A DNA stretch of 64,000 nucleotides from Octopus sinensis (Eukaryota). Both the position numbers and the translations under genes were made by a program. The DNA lies in assembly GCF_006345805.1 (NCBI RefSeq), contig NC_043004.1:21142001-21206000 (forward strand), read 5' to 3'. Shown in pieces: positions 24,571 to 38,334 of this stretch. The number at the start of each line of letters is the position of its first letter. Position 1 is the first letter of the stretch. The notes beneath the pieces are model-generated. The model was not told the DNA's origin. It ran no database searches and saw only the letters and a list, made by a program, of their open reading frames with translations.

Positions 24571-25387
24571 CACTGGTCAACAAAAGAAATTTTTTGAAAT
24601 TGTGTCGAGACACCAAACATCTTTTTTATCTAATTTGAGGGTGCTGAATCTGAAAATAACCTTACTTTTTCTTGGTTAGCTACTGTTTTTGCTATACAGA
24701 AAGTGCTTCACTTTTGTAAAAAAAAAAATTATATTTTTCATTTGTTTTCTGTATATTTGATATTGATCGATGGCAACATTTCCCAAAGTAAAATCATAGA
24801 AACCTCCCAATTCGAATTTAAACCAACAAATATTGGTCTGCTTGAGAAAAAATATTTTTGAAATAACAATCAGACCCTAAATCATTAAAAATAACATGAT
24901 TAAATATACCAAGACCAACAAGTATTTTCATCAAATCATTAAATAAACTAACAGCAGAATTAAAACCTTTGTGAACATAAGAATTATGGTAAAATTTTTT
25001 TTCTTGATTGTCTGTCATGTTCAATGCTACTTAAGTCCATTTTGATACTCCAACACTAGTCAGCCACGTTTGAACAATCTTCATTCATCAGGATCATATT
25101 TGTGGGTACCTAGTCGAAGAAGAATGCTCTTAACATCATTGCATATAAAAATAGTTTATTTAGGTGGGTGACATAAATTGCTTGGCCTACCTGAAAATTC
25201 ATGAGTTTCTACTAACTTTTTTAACTAAATTTTGTGATCATCCAAGATCATAAATTGATCTATTTTCCAAAAATGAGCAATTTCAGTACAGCAAAAAACA
25301 GTAGCTAACCATGAAAAATTGAGGTCATTTTTGGAATCAGCACCAGCATGTTTTGTTTCTTTGTACCAAAACTTGTGATGACCAGTG
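24571..25387 (-). mobile_element. Chapaev3-like DNA transposon, internally deleted
   Basis: Termini CACTGGTCAAC / GATGACCAGTG with a TAA 3-bp duplication on both sides; peptides LLRLGTHKYDPDE*RLF and VAD*CWSIKMDLSSIEHDRQSRKKILP*. Confidence 0.75.
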
Positions 25388-26554
25388 TAATAGCAAGTTT
25401 TGCAATTATGAAATCTAAGTGAGGAAGGAGAAACCATGTCAGAGATATTCCATGTAATGTTTAGGAAACTGTTACCATGATTCTTGTGACATCAGTTTCC
25501 CCTGTCTCTCAACTTTAAGGTGTGCATGTGTTGCATGTATCTTCATTTAAAGTTATTGGCTTTTGTACTCATATGGTGTCTCATGAAGCCATTGAACTGA
25601 AAAGCAGAAACCTTCCAAACAGAAGTTGGTGAGCTTTGGCAGTTACAGATTGAAGCATGGGGTGAAAATTGCATGAGTGCTTGTTTGCTTTAGTTGTAAT
25701 ATGATATGATGGAAGTAATATTAGCTAAGTATACGTATCTAACCATAATGTTATGGGAATCAAAGAGTTTATATTTATAGGTTGTGGAAAATGTTTGGAA
25801 AATACTATGTAATTATTGTCAAATACCCATACCTAGGAGTGGAGGTTAAGAACCTTACTTTACAAACAGGTGTATATATAGATAAGCATATATATATATA
25901 TATATAGTAGGATTTAAATTTCAGTTGCATGACCACCACTGTTTAGAACTCCATGTGTATTTTTGCATTTCTAAAAAGAAATTTGTGAGGAGAACAGACT
26001 ATTCCAAAATCTCAACTAACTTCTGTCTCACATTCAGGGTTCCCATCTGTTACATCCCAAAGACAATACTGATGGGTCATTCTTCTTATCTATAACATGT
26101 TTACCATAATTATCAGTTTTCCCTCCAAATTTGCTTCTTTGCTAGTGGGCTGCACTTATATTTCTCTACCAATTAGTATAATTTCATGCATATATAGAAT
26201 TTTGCCTTTTTTGTTGGCTGAGCTATAATCTATGTCAGAGGAATTTAAAATCAAGGTAGAAACGGTTCCAACTAAATAGTGAAATATTTTATCAAATGTT
26301 CTACCAATAATTTCTTATACTCTCTTGTATTTCCGTGAATGTTTCATAAAATATAACTTTTTTGAGTCAATCCAATCACAGATATGTGAATTTTACTCTC
26401 TTTTTATAACCTTCTGATGTATAGAAGAACAAAATCCAAAGGTGAATGAAGCAGGAATTGAACTCAGGAATATATAAAGACAAAATGTTGAGGTGTATCT
26501 TGTGTACCTCTTTACTCTCAGAAATGATTTTAAGAGAAAAAAAAATAATTCGCT

Positions 26555-26685
26555 GTGACTAAAAGTGACCAAAGAGTGCAATAACAATCCAAATAGAACA
26601 TGTGACTTTTTGTGGCAAAGGAGTCTTTTACTCCTATTTCTAATAATGCTGGTACTCATTGTACCCTTTGGTCACTTTTAGTGAT
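26555..26685. repeat. 28-bp inverted repeat with 75-bp spacer (MITE-like remnant)
   Basis: GTGACTAAAAGTGACCAAAGAGTGCAAT versus ATTGTACCCTTTGGTCACTTTTAGTGAT. Confidence 0.65.
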
Positions 26686-26691
26686 AGTGAA

Positions 26692-26730
<39 letters not shown>

Positions 26731-26769
26731 AGAGTATTGTAGTTCGCTTGAAGCATTGTGTATTGTTTG

Positions 26770-27200
26770 TAAAGAATAAAATGTTTTGAATGGTACAACA
26801 ATGCCCTATAATACAAAAAATGGACGATATACCTGTTGTAATTTAGTTATCCATAGTCAACAAAAAAAAAGAGAAAAGAAAAAAGAAGCTGCACGTATAA
26901 TACATAACTTAGAAGCAGTGCTACAGATGTATCAACACACACGAGATTGAGACATAGCCGACCTCAGGCACTTCTCATGAGGAATTCCGGAAGGAGCTTC
27001 ATGAGACTGCTGCTGAGATGCTTCCGAAAAAAGAAAAGCTGTTGGAAAACCGATTATAGAAGCGACTCCAGCTAAGAATAATTAAAGGGAATTTATTCTG
27101 AAATATCATCAGACTATGGATAACTAAATGACAACAGGTATATAGTCCATTTTTTGTATTATAGTGCATTGTTGTACCATTCAAAATATTTTATTCTTTA
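26770..27200. mobile_element. Foldback element with 89-bp inverted arms, embedded between (TA)n tracts
   Basis: Arms 26770-26858 and 27112-27200 with few mismatches; 253-bp internal segment. Confidence 0.8.
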
Positions 27201-29662
27201 TATATATATATATATATATATACATACATACATATATATATGAGGCTGTAGACAATAAGGTATTGTGTAAGATGAAGAATGAAAGACTACTGAAATTTTA
27301 AGTTTGAAATGTGTTCTCCCTTATTTCCACTTGTTACTCTGTTATAAAGATTGTGTATCTCACCATTTTACTTTCACCTGAAATATAACATCATTAATCA
27401 TCCGATAAATCTCTCCTCCATTTTCATTTTCAATATGTGACTAGCTAACATCACTAGTTTCCCAATAATTTATTTAACTCTCATTTTGATCCAAAACTGT
27501 GATGGTATTTTTCATGATAACAAAACTACTTCAGACATATTGCAGTTTATTTGTGGCACTATTTCAGTATTCTAGGGAGGGTTAGTGTAGTTGTTACTGC
27601 TGTTTAGTTAGTTCAGACCTGACGCAACAGACCTATGATCACTATAAACAGCCCTTATTTTTCTCTTGTATTTTGTACCTAAGATTACATTAGCCATTAT
27701 GTCATCTGCTTTCCAAAGAGTAGTGCAGTGTTTGGAAATCTGTTTTCACTAATTGTACATGTAAGATAAATGAAAATATTTTGCCAGACTGTGCATTAAG
27801 TGAATGAATGTATTTAAAACACATAAGATATATGGTTTAGTTTTGATAAATGAAGTATGATTAAGAATATGTTCTTTTTAAAATTAATGTATTTTAAACT
27901 CTAACCTAGTAGTAGAATAATTTAGAGTTCTGAGAATTATTTAATATTTACTTTTTCATTGAATAGATAGAATGTGAAGACTGTATTTGATTATAGAGAT
28001 TCTGTATCTGAAATATTAGGTTATAGTTTCCTTATTTAAAAAAAAATATAATTATTTGTATTTTCACTGATCACTTAGCTATATCCAACATTATCTGAGT
28101 ATGAAGTAGATGTAGCCAAAAATTTGTTGGAAATCTGGCTTTATTTCTAGCAGATTGAGTGATCATTTAGGTTTGTCATGTTGCTGGAGAGAAAGTAATG
28201 ACACTCCAATGTGTTCACTCAACAAATTTTGAGTCTTAGTTTTTTTTTTCTGTGCTCTTATCAAACTGAAATTACTGTTTCTTTTGATCCTTCAAGAATC
28301 AATGAAACATGAGGTTGGTTGCTATCAGAGGTAGGTATATCCAAGATGTGCTACTCATAAATCTCCACTCTATTTCAATCCATTTCATATAGTCTCTACT
28401 CAGTATACATGCAAGGTTTTCTATTAAATATCAGCAGTTGTCTGTTCAGTAAGTTTTTCTCTTCCATGCCCCGGATGTTCTCCGAGTGTACTACAGTGTA
28501 ATCACTGGTGATCTCAGAACATAAATAAACAGAGTAAATATCTCAAGGTATTTAGTTCAATGCTCCACCAATTCTGTCAATTCACCATCTTGGATGCCTA
28601 CTTTATTTTACCAACCTTAGAAAAGATGAAAATCATTGTTGATCTTAGTGGGATTTGAATGCAGAATATAAAGAGAGAGGAGAAATAAAATGCTCTCATG
28701 ATTTTATTAATCTACACTCTTAGCACATTCTGTATGCATATATTTAGATGTATATGATGTTTACTTTATTAAGCAATGTCCTATTTTAAGCTACCTTTCT
28801 TGGTGTTGTTATCATTAATAGCAAGCTAGGTAATCATTTTATAAACAACTTGAGTCAGTAAATCTGGAATTTATCTTCTATTGATGTAACAAGAATATGA
28901 GAAGCACAGCTGCTGCAGCTGTATTCAAGATATATCTTTTTCCTAGGTGAAGGAATTAAGTTCATCCTTGTAAGTCTTTGAATCACACATGGCTGCTAAC
29001 AAATCTGCCATCATTTTCAGCAGGAAATTATACTTCTTGTATCCATAATAGATTTAGCCATTAGCATATTGGTAGTGACGATGAGAGGAATATTTCTGAT
29101 CTCACAGCTGGTCATTGAGCACAATATTAATTTAGCCTCCTTTTTCACATCTAGGATAGACACAAAGTATTAACTAGGAGCCAACAAAAACCAGTTATAT
29201 GCCACCTGTTAAAATAGCAGATAAATTTCCCTTGAATTCTTCACTGCCTCCTTAAATAAGGAAGGGGCATATTAGGTAATGCAGCCCTATATCAAATGAA
29301 AGAATACTCACGAGGAAATACCTTTGAACACAGGTCTGCTAAACAGCAACAATAACAAAAACACAAAAGATATCAGGCACAAGCCAAAGGGAGAACCTTT
29401 AAACTTGCAAGAATTGTTTTATTCTCTAGGATATCTCTCTTGATAGATCATGTTTGAGGTGCAGTCATGGACATGTGGTAAAGTAGCCAGTTTTCCAGCC
29501 ACGTGATTGTGGATTCAGTCTCACTACATGGCACCTCTTCTACTTCAGCTCCAGCTAACTTATGCCTTGGAAAACTTTCAAAGATGGAAACTGTGTAAAA
29601 GCTTGTCATATAAATATGAGGTGTGAGGTGGGGGGCGCACCACTTGATAACCATTATGCCAC

Positions 29663-29733
29663 GGGCAAATATCATAGTGGTTAAGAGTGCAGGCTACTAA
29701 CCCCAAGATTCCGAGTTCGATTCCAGGTAGTGA

Positions 29734-29735
<2 letters not shown>
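29663..29735 (+). promoter_or_regulatory. tRNA-derived head with Pol III A/B boxes (SINE-like, not a tRNA gene)
   Basis: A-box-like TATCATAGTGG (29670-29680), B box GTTCGATTCC (29715-29724), 7-nt loop CTACTAA, followed by (AAT)n. Confidence 0.7.
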
Positions 29736-29804
<69 letters not shown>

Positions 29805-29851
29805 TCAAAAAATACCTTAGGAATGAGAACTCAGGTTTGAAATTTCCCCAA

Positions 29852-29897
29852 GACACCTGATGAAGGCTGGAGGGTATATCAGTGGAAACGTTGTGTT
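29852..29897 (+). ncRNA. Minimal type I hammerhead ribozyme-like motif
   Basis: GACAC-CTGATGA-A-GGCTG-GAGGGTATAT-CAGTG-GAAAC-GTT-GTGTT: stem I GACAC/GTGTT, canonical core words, palindromic AACGTT stem III; the base of stem II is mismatched in this copy. Confidence 0.6.
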
Positions 29898-30496
29898 AAC
29901 AACAAGCAAGATGTGGACAAATATCCGTCAAATGTAAAGTGTAAATAATGTGATGGTTTTATTTAATTCTTTGTAACTCAGTGGTTCATCAAATGGGACC
30001 GATAGAATTAGTAACAAATTTAAAAATAAGAACAAAGCCATTCAAGGCAGTGCCCCAGCCTGGTCACAGCCCAATGACTGAAACAAATAAAAGATAATAC
30101 ATTATTGAATGAGTGTTTGTTTTGAAATCTCTAATATATTTTTCAATTTTTCTGAAAATCATTACTCATTTTGAATTTACATTTATGAAACAGATTAGTG
30201 TCACCAATCTAGAAGTTTCCACATATATTTGAATATTTCAGTGTGAGCCTGGTTTTATAGATACTCATAAAAGCAAGCACACACATGCACACACATATAA
30301 AAAAAACAAGTACATATTTGCATGACATGGGTATGTATATGTCTGAGTATGTATCTAGGGTATATGTATTCATATAACTATGTATATTTATAAATACGTA
30401 TGAATACATGCTCATAAATATACATTCCAATTCTAAATTGATGTTGCCTCTGAGAATGGATCTCTACCAGAATGAAGCTTAATATTGCAACAAATT

Positions 30497-30700
30497 TAAG
30501 GTAGTGAGCTGGCAGAAGAGTTATCATGCTGGGAAAAATGCTTAATTGTATTTTGTCAGTCTCTACATTCTGAGTTCAAATTCTGCCTAGGTCGACTTTA
30601 TCTTTCATCCTTTCAGGGTTCATAAATAAGCACTGGGGTCGATGTAATCGACTTACTCCTCCCCTGAAATTATTGGTCTTGCGCCAAAATTTGAAACCAA
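30497..30700 (+). mobile_element. tRNA-derived SINE
   Basis: TAAGGTAGTGAGCTGGCAG...GAGTTCAAATTC...GGGGTCGATGTAATCGAC...TTTGAAACC. Confidence 0.75.
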
Positions 30701-31559
30701 TATTACAACAAGTTAGCAACAAAAACCATTCTCTTTGCTTGAACATCACCAGAATCACTACCTAAATTTGAAACTCCTTGTATGAACAAATTGCATTTCT
30801 AGTGCACATGCAACAAAGCAATCAATCAGTCACATTTGCCTTTGCTTTCTCAAGCATTTGCTTGTGCAATATTGGACTACACATTTTGCTATTTCTGAAA
30901 GTGCTGTAATTACTTTTAAAGAACAATTCAATAAATGTCTTATAGCACCATGTTACATAAATACAAACCAGTGTTTTTAGTTAGCAATTTAATGAATCTA
31001 AAAGAGTAGAAGAGGGAGTAAAGAAAAATGTTGTGGAATCATTAGAACTTCTACTGTCAGTGTCGAAAACCTTCATGAACCACTCCAAGAAAAATCTGCA
31101 ATGTAAAATTCAAGTTAGTATAATATTTCTACTCCAGGCTTCTTTTCTGAGAAGCAAGCCTTATGTAAAATGGATCATCATGAGGTGAAAGGCAAAACTA
31201 AAAATTTTGAGGCAACTTTTCGTTTCAGCATACCATTCATAAAGTCATGCAAGTCACAATTTACCCATGACTGTTCTAAACTAACATTAACATGCACTAA
31301 AATCATGGAAAATATGGTGAAATGTTAAGAATTGAAATGGGAAGTGATATGCCACAGAGTCACCACAAACCTAAGCCCTTATCCAACAAAAAGAATTAAA
31401 TTTATTTAATCAACTGAAACAGGAACTTGAGGAATTCACTTAAAACAATTGTTGTTTCTAGTGGACAATTTATGGAGTTAAAAAAAAATCTTATTTCAAT
31501 ACCATTCAACGAAGAGAGGAATCCACAAGTGTTAATATCCTGGCTGCATCAGGATATCT

Positions 31560-32000
31560 CTCAGAAATAAAGTCATCAAAGAAAGAGACAAATATCCACA
31601 AATTATAGATGTCAATGTAGATCAGTGTTGGCTACACTTTGGAGATTTTTTGTTTCATATTTTTCTTTGGAAACATCTATCTCAGAAGAGGAAAATAAGA
31701 TTACTAGGTTTAATGCCACAAAAGATTTTCTGACGTCGTTTTTGGAAGCAAATATCACAAGAGACTTGAAACCTCCCATTTATCAAACATATACAATATA
31801 TACAATGAAATGTATCTCCAAATCTAGTCTACGAGTGACATGCAAATTCAGAAGAAAAGCTTTCTTACAAAAGATTTGTTTACAAACTGGCATGTTGAAC
31901 ATTTCTGCTGTGCTGGCAAACATTACTGTCAGATAATTTCATGCTCAAGGCAATGCTGCATTTGGTAACATGTCCATGTTTGTTTAGAACAAGGACGATG
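31560..32000 (+). mobile_element. Tigger/pogo (DDE_1) transposase remnant
   Basis: ORF 31625-31936 includes TSISEEENKITRFNATKDFLTSFLEANITRDLKPPIY..ISKSSLRV, matching RTFISKEE..PGFK..KDRLTLL...N..GD.K.KP..IY..ISKSSLPV. Confidence 0.75.
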
Positions 32001-33645
32001 ATTTATGTGTTGGGGTGTTGTAAAAAATGTGTATATTTTTTGATTAAATTACAGGCAGTTTCATTGACAAGATCTTTTTTCTACATATGTAAGGTCAGTG
32101 TAGACTTAATGCATTTTACATAAGTGTATATTTCTTACATTAATTAATAGAACCTTTCTCTAGTTATGAAGTTTCTGATAACAATATAAAAAAGTGGAAC
32201 ACATTAAGCTTGTTAATCAAGATATTGCTATACATGTATGAGTGTGTGTGTATGTGTGTATGTGTGCATATGTGCGTGCATGCATGGATGTATTTATGCA
32301 TGTATGTGTATGCATACATGTATGTATGTGTGCATATGTAGGTCTGTACACACATACTCAAATGCACACACACTAACATATATACACCCATTCACTGGAT
32401 GTAATTTATTTTTTTGCTGTTAATTAATTAATAAATTTATTAATTAAAATTAATTAATACTAAAAAAACAATTACCTGTATTTGTTTTAATTGGCACAAT
32501 GACTGTAAAGTATGCGCAGGCACACAAACACACACACAGTCCTTCACATACAGACACTTACACACATGAATGTATGTATGTATATATATGTATGTATATT
32601 CAATTATTTTCTGCTTTGATGATAAAAACCTCTTTCAGTTATAAAATACTTGTTATGAAACAGGTGAAAATTGTTTTCTCTATTCATATAATTGCTTCTG
32701 CTTCAACGACCATAGGTCCAGTAAGGCTGCTCTCTGACATTAACCAAAAATATTTCAATACAACTATCTCTGTATACATTCAGCTATCCTCTCTGTAAAG
32801 CACACACATGCATACATTGGCATACATGCATGCATGCACACAGAGAGAGTCACTCACTCACTCACAAGTTAAGACAATTTACTGGAGAAATTAAAGCAAA
32901 ACAAAAAAGCAGAAAAACCTTGTCTTATAACCTGAAGACCTGATCCATGTGAAATTCTTTACAATCCATTGGTTTTATAATTAAAGGAAATATCACAGGA
33001 AAAATCTAGAATTCTTATAAATGATCTTCATAATGTTTTCTTCTGCTGTTTATTTTTGTTATCCATTTTCCTATGGTTTGCTGGGGTAATTGTTTTATAG
33101 CTGAATAACCCACCTCCTGCTAATCATTCATTCATAAAATTGGTTTAGAATTCTAATCATAGACAAGTACACTATAGCAAGCAGAGCTGTACATTTTCTC
33201 CAGGGGGCACAAACAGCTGTATTTGGGTTCAAATTCATGAGAGCAAAGTCATTTATCGATCACATTAACCTCAATGCCAAGAAAACATCAACCATTATTT
33301 TAACCTGATCCACTCAGAACTGCAAAGACAAAACTGAATTCCAGCATAAAGAAAATGGTGATGGTCAGTGTCAGGGAACAGAAAAATCTTTGATTCCATT
33401 CATCACATAAGATTGGTTTGTGTGGTATGAGAGGAAGAAAGTTCACATATTTAATGGGCAGGACTCTTCTTTGAAGATATGAGAAATATGTCAGAAGATT
33501 GTGAAATGAAGTTGGAAGAATCTAAGTAAAAAGTAAAGAATATGGGCAGATGGTCAGGCAGCAAAAGATAGTGAGGTTATAGCATTTGGTAGAAGGTGAG
33601 GGTATTCAGGCCACTGCATGCCAGACTATCTATCTATCTATCTAT

Positions 33646-33676
<31 letters not shown>

Positions 33677-33992
33677 CATCCATCCATCCATCCATCCATC
33701 CATCCATCTTTCAAGGTTCTATCAATCCCTCTATTTATCCATCCATCATCCCCTCCCCTTTTCTTTCCTTCACTTCATCTATCCATTCATGCATGTGCAT
33801 GCATGTGTATGCATGAATGTGCATGAATGTTGATATTTTGCTTATCAACTGAAAAACAGGTTATGGTAAGCCGCACAAAGGGCATCCAGCCGTAAAATAT
33901 AAGCCATTGTCTAAAATAACGTATTTATGAATCTGATACAATCATGGAAGAAAAATGGATGTAAAGTAAATGAACAAATAAACAATATATAT

Positions 33993-34067
<75 letters not shown>

Positions 34068-34111
34068 ATACATATGTGTGTGTGTGTACATATATATATA
34101 TATATATATAT

Positions 34112-34151
<40 letters not shown>

Positions 34152-34374
34152 ACACACACATACAGAGTTAAATGCAGGCTACCATACATATATTATGAGC
34201 CACAAAAATTTTTATTGAATTAATGAAAATTCCTCACAAAAGAGGCTGGAAAAGGAAGAGAACTTTTAAAAGCTTCATTGGCTAAAAATTAAATGAAGAT
34301 ATGCGGGAGTTGGAAGTACTACTGTTTCAGTGGCTCTTGATAACTTGTGTTGTCTATATATATATGTATGTGAA

Positions 34375-34670
34375 GGTACGTGGCTTAGTGGATAAGGTAT
34401 TTGGTTTATGATTGTAAAGTCACGAGTTCAATTCCTGGAAGCAAATTGTATCCTTGAGCAAGACACTTTATTTCATGTTACTTCAGTCCAATCACTTGGC
34501 AAAAATGAGTAGTACCTGTAGTTCAAGGGGCCAACCTAGTCACATTCTTTGTCACACTGGATCTTCCTAAGAATTAACATTAAAGGTACTCTTGTCTGTG
34601 GAGTGCTTGACTACTTGCAAATTAATTTCTTGAGCAGGTTATTCCATTGGTTGGACCAACTGTAATGCCC
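34375..34670 (+). mobile_element. tRNA-derived SINE, degraded
   Basis: TGGCTTAGTGG (A box), GAGTTCAATTCC (B box), CCTTGAGCAAGACAC; the 3' part is shared with 37577-37946. Confidence 0.65.
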
Positions 34671-35507
34671 TTTGTCACAGAAATTAATAATAATATGTAG
34701 TGGGACCTGTGTAAATTCCATATTTTAAAAATGTTCTTATTTCTGTTTTGATGTATAAATTTATAGATTTTTATAACATTGTTTCAATATATTACATTTT
34801 CTATCTATGTATTTCATTTTATTCTAAAGACGAAATTACTAAAAGCATTATTAATGCCCAGGGGTATTTTGTTATATTCCTTTATGTTCTTCATTCAAAT
34901 CATGTTGTTGTTTGCTTAGCCTTTTAACCATCTAAGGTCAATAAAATAAAGTACTGATCCATTACTGGCATTTATATCTACAGCTGCTCCTTCCTGTACA
35001 AATTTCTATTCTTCTGCCCATGTAAGACATAGCTATGTTAATCATTTTGATTATATCTTTTATTTGGCTCTACTGTTAAGTTTGTTAAAAGCCCATTACT
35101 TAATATGACAAGAATAATAATATTATAGATATTAGTTTAATAGAATGTTAAATTTCTTAAATTTGGCTAACTGCCACTAACACAGGTTATTATATTAATT
35201 GAACTCAAACCTTTATGTTTTTCAGTAATCCAGGTAGTGCTTAGTGTTCTCATATCCTCTTAGAAAATTAGATTATCATTAATAGGATATCATAATTTTC
35301 CTAACCTTTACATTTATGCTATACTGAACTATATTTTAACTTGCTTCTGGTATTCTAAATAGATTACTTAGAGAACTGCCAATAGGATTTTCTGCTCACG
35401 AGGTTTTCATCTATACATCATCACTATTCAGCATATTTCCCTTACATAACTGTTGTTCTCTTTCTCCCTATATTACATACATGCATACAGACACAGACAC
35501 AGACACA

Positions 35508-35540
<33 letters not shown>

Positions 35541-35587
35541 TCTCTCTCTCTCTCTCTCTCTCACACACATGCACATTCATATATATA

Positions 35588-35755
35588 TCATCATCATCAT
35601 CATCATCAATCATCATCGTTTAATGTCCACCTTCCATGCTGTCATAGGTGGGATGGTTTTGACAGGAGCCAGCCAGACAGAAGCTTGCACCAGACTTCTG
35701 TTGGCATGACTTTTACAGCTGGATGTCCTTCCTAACACCAACCATTCAGCAGAGT
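35588..35755 (-). mobile_element. RTE-type tail fragment
   Basis: (CAT)n CGTTTAATGTCCAC..TTCCATGCTG...CAGCTGGATGTCCTTCCTAAC. Confidence 0.65.
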
Positions 35756-37174
35756 AGTTAATATATATATAAATTAGGAAATGAACCTGTCCTTTGGATG
35801 GTTTAAGTTGCTTTGGTGGTATTTTTTTCACCAAATAATTGAACTACTAAGATGGCTTTTGAGTCACATGGCAATCTACATTTTCAATTAACCTCAGAAC
35901 GGAAAATGAAATTGAAGGCTGGTTATCGTGGAGGCTGTTGCATTTTAATGATCAAAGAACATATAAGTTTGCAAGCAATGCAAAGTAGAGCTACTGAAGT
36001 GTTCTGGGAGTAGATTATGGATAATGATTGCAAAATATAGTTGTTATGCATGAAAGCGAAATTTCTTGTCAGAAACAGTTACATAAATGGTGTAATGAAA
36101 TTGAAAGAAGATGTTGAAACTTCCCCTCTGCCAGTTTATTTTTCAACAGCAAAGAGCGCTATTTTTTTGGAGAGATAAGCTGACAAAGGCCCCTGTATTC
36201 TATCTTCCCACATAGCCTGCACATAAACTAACAGTGAATGCTGCATAAAGTTAAATTGGTATGGAGCTTTCTAAAAGATATGCATAGCTTTTGCTAGTGG
36301 AAGCAAAACTCTTACATAAAGGTTGATTCTTTGGGATGACTCATATGTGATTGTTTAAAAAAAGGCTAGAATGACAATGCTAAAATGTATTTGAAACAAT
36401 GGGCAACAGTCAAAATATTATAATGGATGGGTAAATAAGTATGCTTAAAGTGAAACAACAGTATCAAAGGTAAACTAAGGTATCAACAAATAGAGGGAAG
36501 GGAACATCACCTTTCAGGTAACTCTGAATAGGTAAAAGTAAGCTTGCCAAATATTAATGTAGTTTAAATATGGAGATTAAGATTGTTTGGTATTGGATAT
36601 TCATCGCATACAGTTTTCCTAGTCCATTTAATCACCATGATAGGTGGACAGTCAAAATAAATAAATAAATCATTTAGGTCCTTTTACACAGGAGTTCTGG
36701 GCAAAAATGTTTAATGTATGGCCATCCTTGGAACATAAGAATTGTATGTATAAAGTTTGGTGAAAATCGGTGGAGAATTGTAGAAATGTATGCATTCAGT
36801 GTTCCTAGTCAGTTTAAACATCATTGCTGATGGACATTGGAAATAAATAAATAGACAAAATCTGTTCACTTTTATAAAAAGATTTTAAAAGTATAGAAGA
36901 CCCTACAGATTATTAAACAGCTGATTAATGTAAATGAATAGGAATCATCTATTGTTGGTTTCCCATTGCCCTAGAGGCTCCAGTATCAATTTAAAAAACA
37001 ATCTAAGTAGCCTATGTTTGGTCTGGGATCTGAAGCAGCTGTTTAAAAATGTTTTAAAGAAATCAAATGAAAGATGTAAAAGTTATTGAGGTACATCAAA
37101 TTTTTGTAAACACACACACAGTGAAAACTTGAATTTTATAGATATTACATATATTCTTTTATTCATTTATGTTT

Positions 37175-37566
37175 TTATTTGTTTCAGTCACTTGACTGCA
37201 ACCATGCTAGAGCACCGCCTTTTGTCGAGCAAATCCACCCCAGGACTTATTCTTTGTAAGCCTAGTACTTACTCTATCAGTCTCTTTTGCTGAACTGCTA
37301 AGTTATGGGGATGTAAACACATCAACATCAGATGTCAAGTGATGGTGGGGGGACAAACACAGACACACAAACATATACATATGTATATACACATACATGG
37401 ATACATACAAACGATAGGTTTCTTTCAGTTTCCATCTACCAAATCCACTCACAAGGCTTTGGTTGACCTGAGGCTAAAGTAGAAGACACTTGCTCAAGGT
37501 GCCACGCAATGGGAATGAACCCAAAACCATGTAAGCCACTCTTGCACCTATAGCCATTCCTGTGCC
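37175..37566 (-). mobile_element. tRNA-derived SINE, near full length
   Basis: Contiguous tail-microsatellite-head; serves as the intact reference for the split copy at 8510-9777. Confidence 0.8.
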
Positions 37567-37576
37567 TACATATATA

Positions 37577-37946
37577 GTGGCACTCTGTCGGTTACCATGA
37601 TGAGGTTTCCAGTTGATTCGATCAACGGAACAACTTGCTCATGGAATTAACGTGCAAGTGGCTGAGCACTCCACAGACACGTGTTCCATTAACATAGTTT
37701 TCAGCGTGACACAGAGTATAACAAGGCTGGCTCTTTGAAATACAGGCACAACAGAAACAGAAAGAAAAGAATGAGAGGAAGTTATGGTGAAAGAGTACAG
37801 CAGGGTTTCTCACCCCTCCCTGCTGGAGTCTTGCGGAGCTTTAGGTGTTTTCACTGAATAAATAAACACAACGCCTGGTCTAGGAATTGAAACTGTGATT
37901 CTACGACCGTGAGTCTGTTGCCTTAACCACTGGGCCATTGCTCCTC
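37577..37946 (-). mobile_element. tRNA-derived SINE (second family)
   Basis: Minus strand begins GGAGGAGCAATGGCCCAGTGGTTAAG (A box) ...GTTTCAATTCC (B box). Confidence 0.75.
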
Positions 37947-37968
37947 CACATATATATATGTATGCATG

Positions 37969-38015
<47 letters not shown>

Positions 38016-38334
38016 ATATATATATATGTATGTATGTGTATGTGTATATATATATATATATATATATAAGAGAAGAAAATGGATTCAATAACAATAGGAA
38101 ACTCGTGGTTTACGCTGGTATGTCTTTAATTAAATAGGTAACAAAGAAAGAAGAAGCATGCCCCCCACACACACACACAAACATGAACAGGCACGTGTAT
38201 GTACACACACACACACACACATGGTAAAAGAGTTTGAGAAAAATTCCAGGTAGCAAAGTGTAATAAATATAAAAAGAAGGAAAAACTACAGAAATTTTAT
38301 GTTGTGAAAAATATATGAAAGTATGCCACCTTGA

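Noticed and set aside
29663-29735. tRNA gene
   Set aside because: A/B boxes are present, but acceptor and anticodon stems do not pair well and it is followed by (AAT)n; treated as a SINE-type head.
36675-36800. Helentron/DINE-like end (AAGTTTGGTGAAAATCGG)
   Set aside because: A single short motif with no matching partner end identified.
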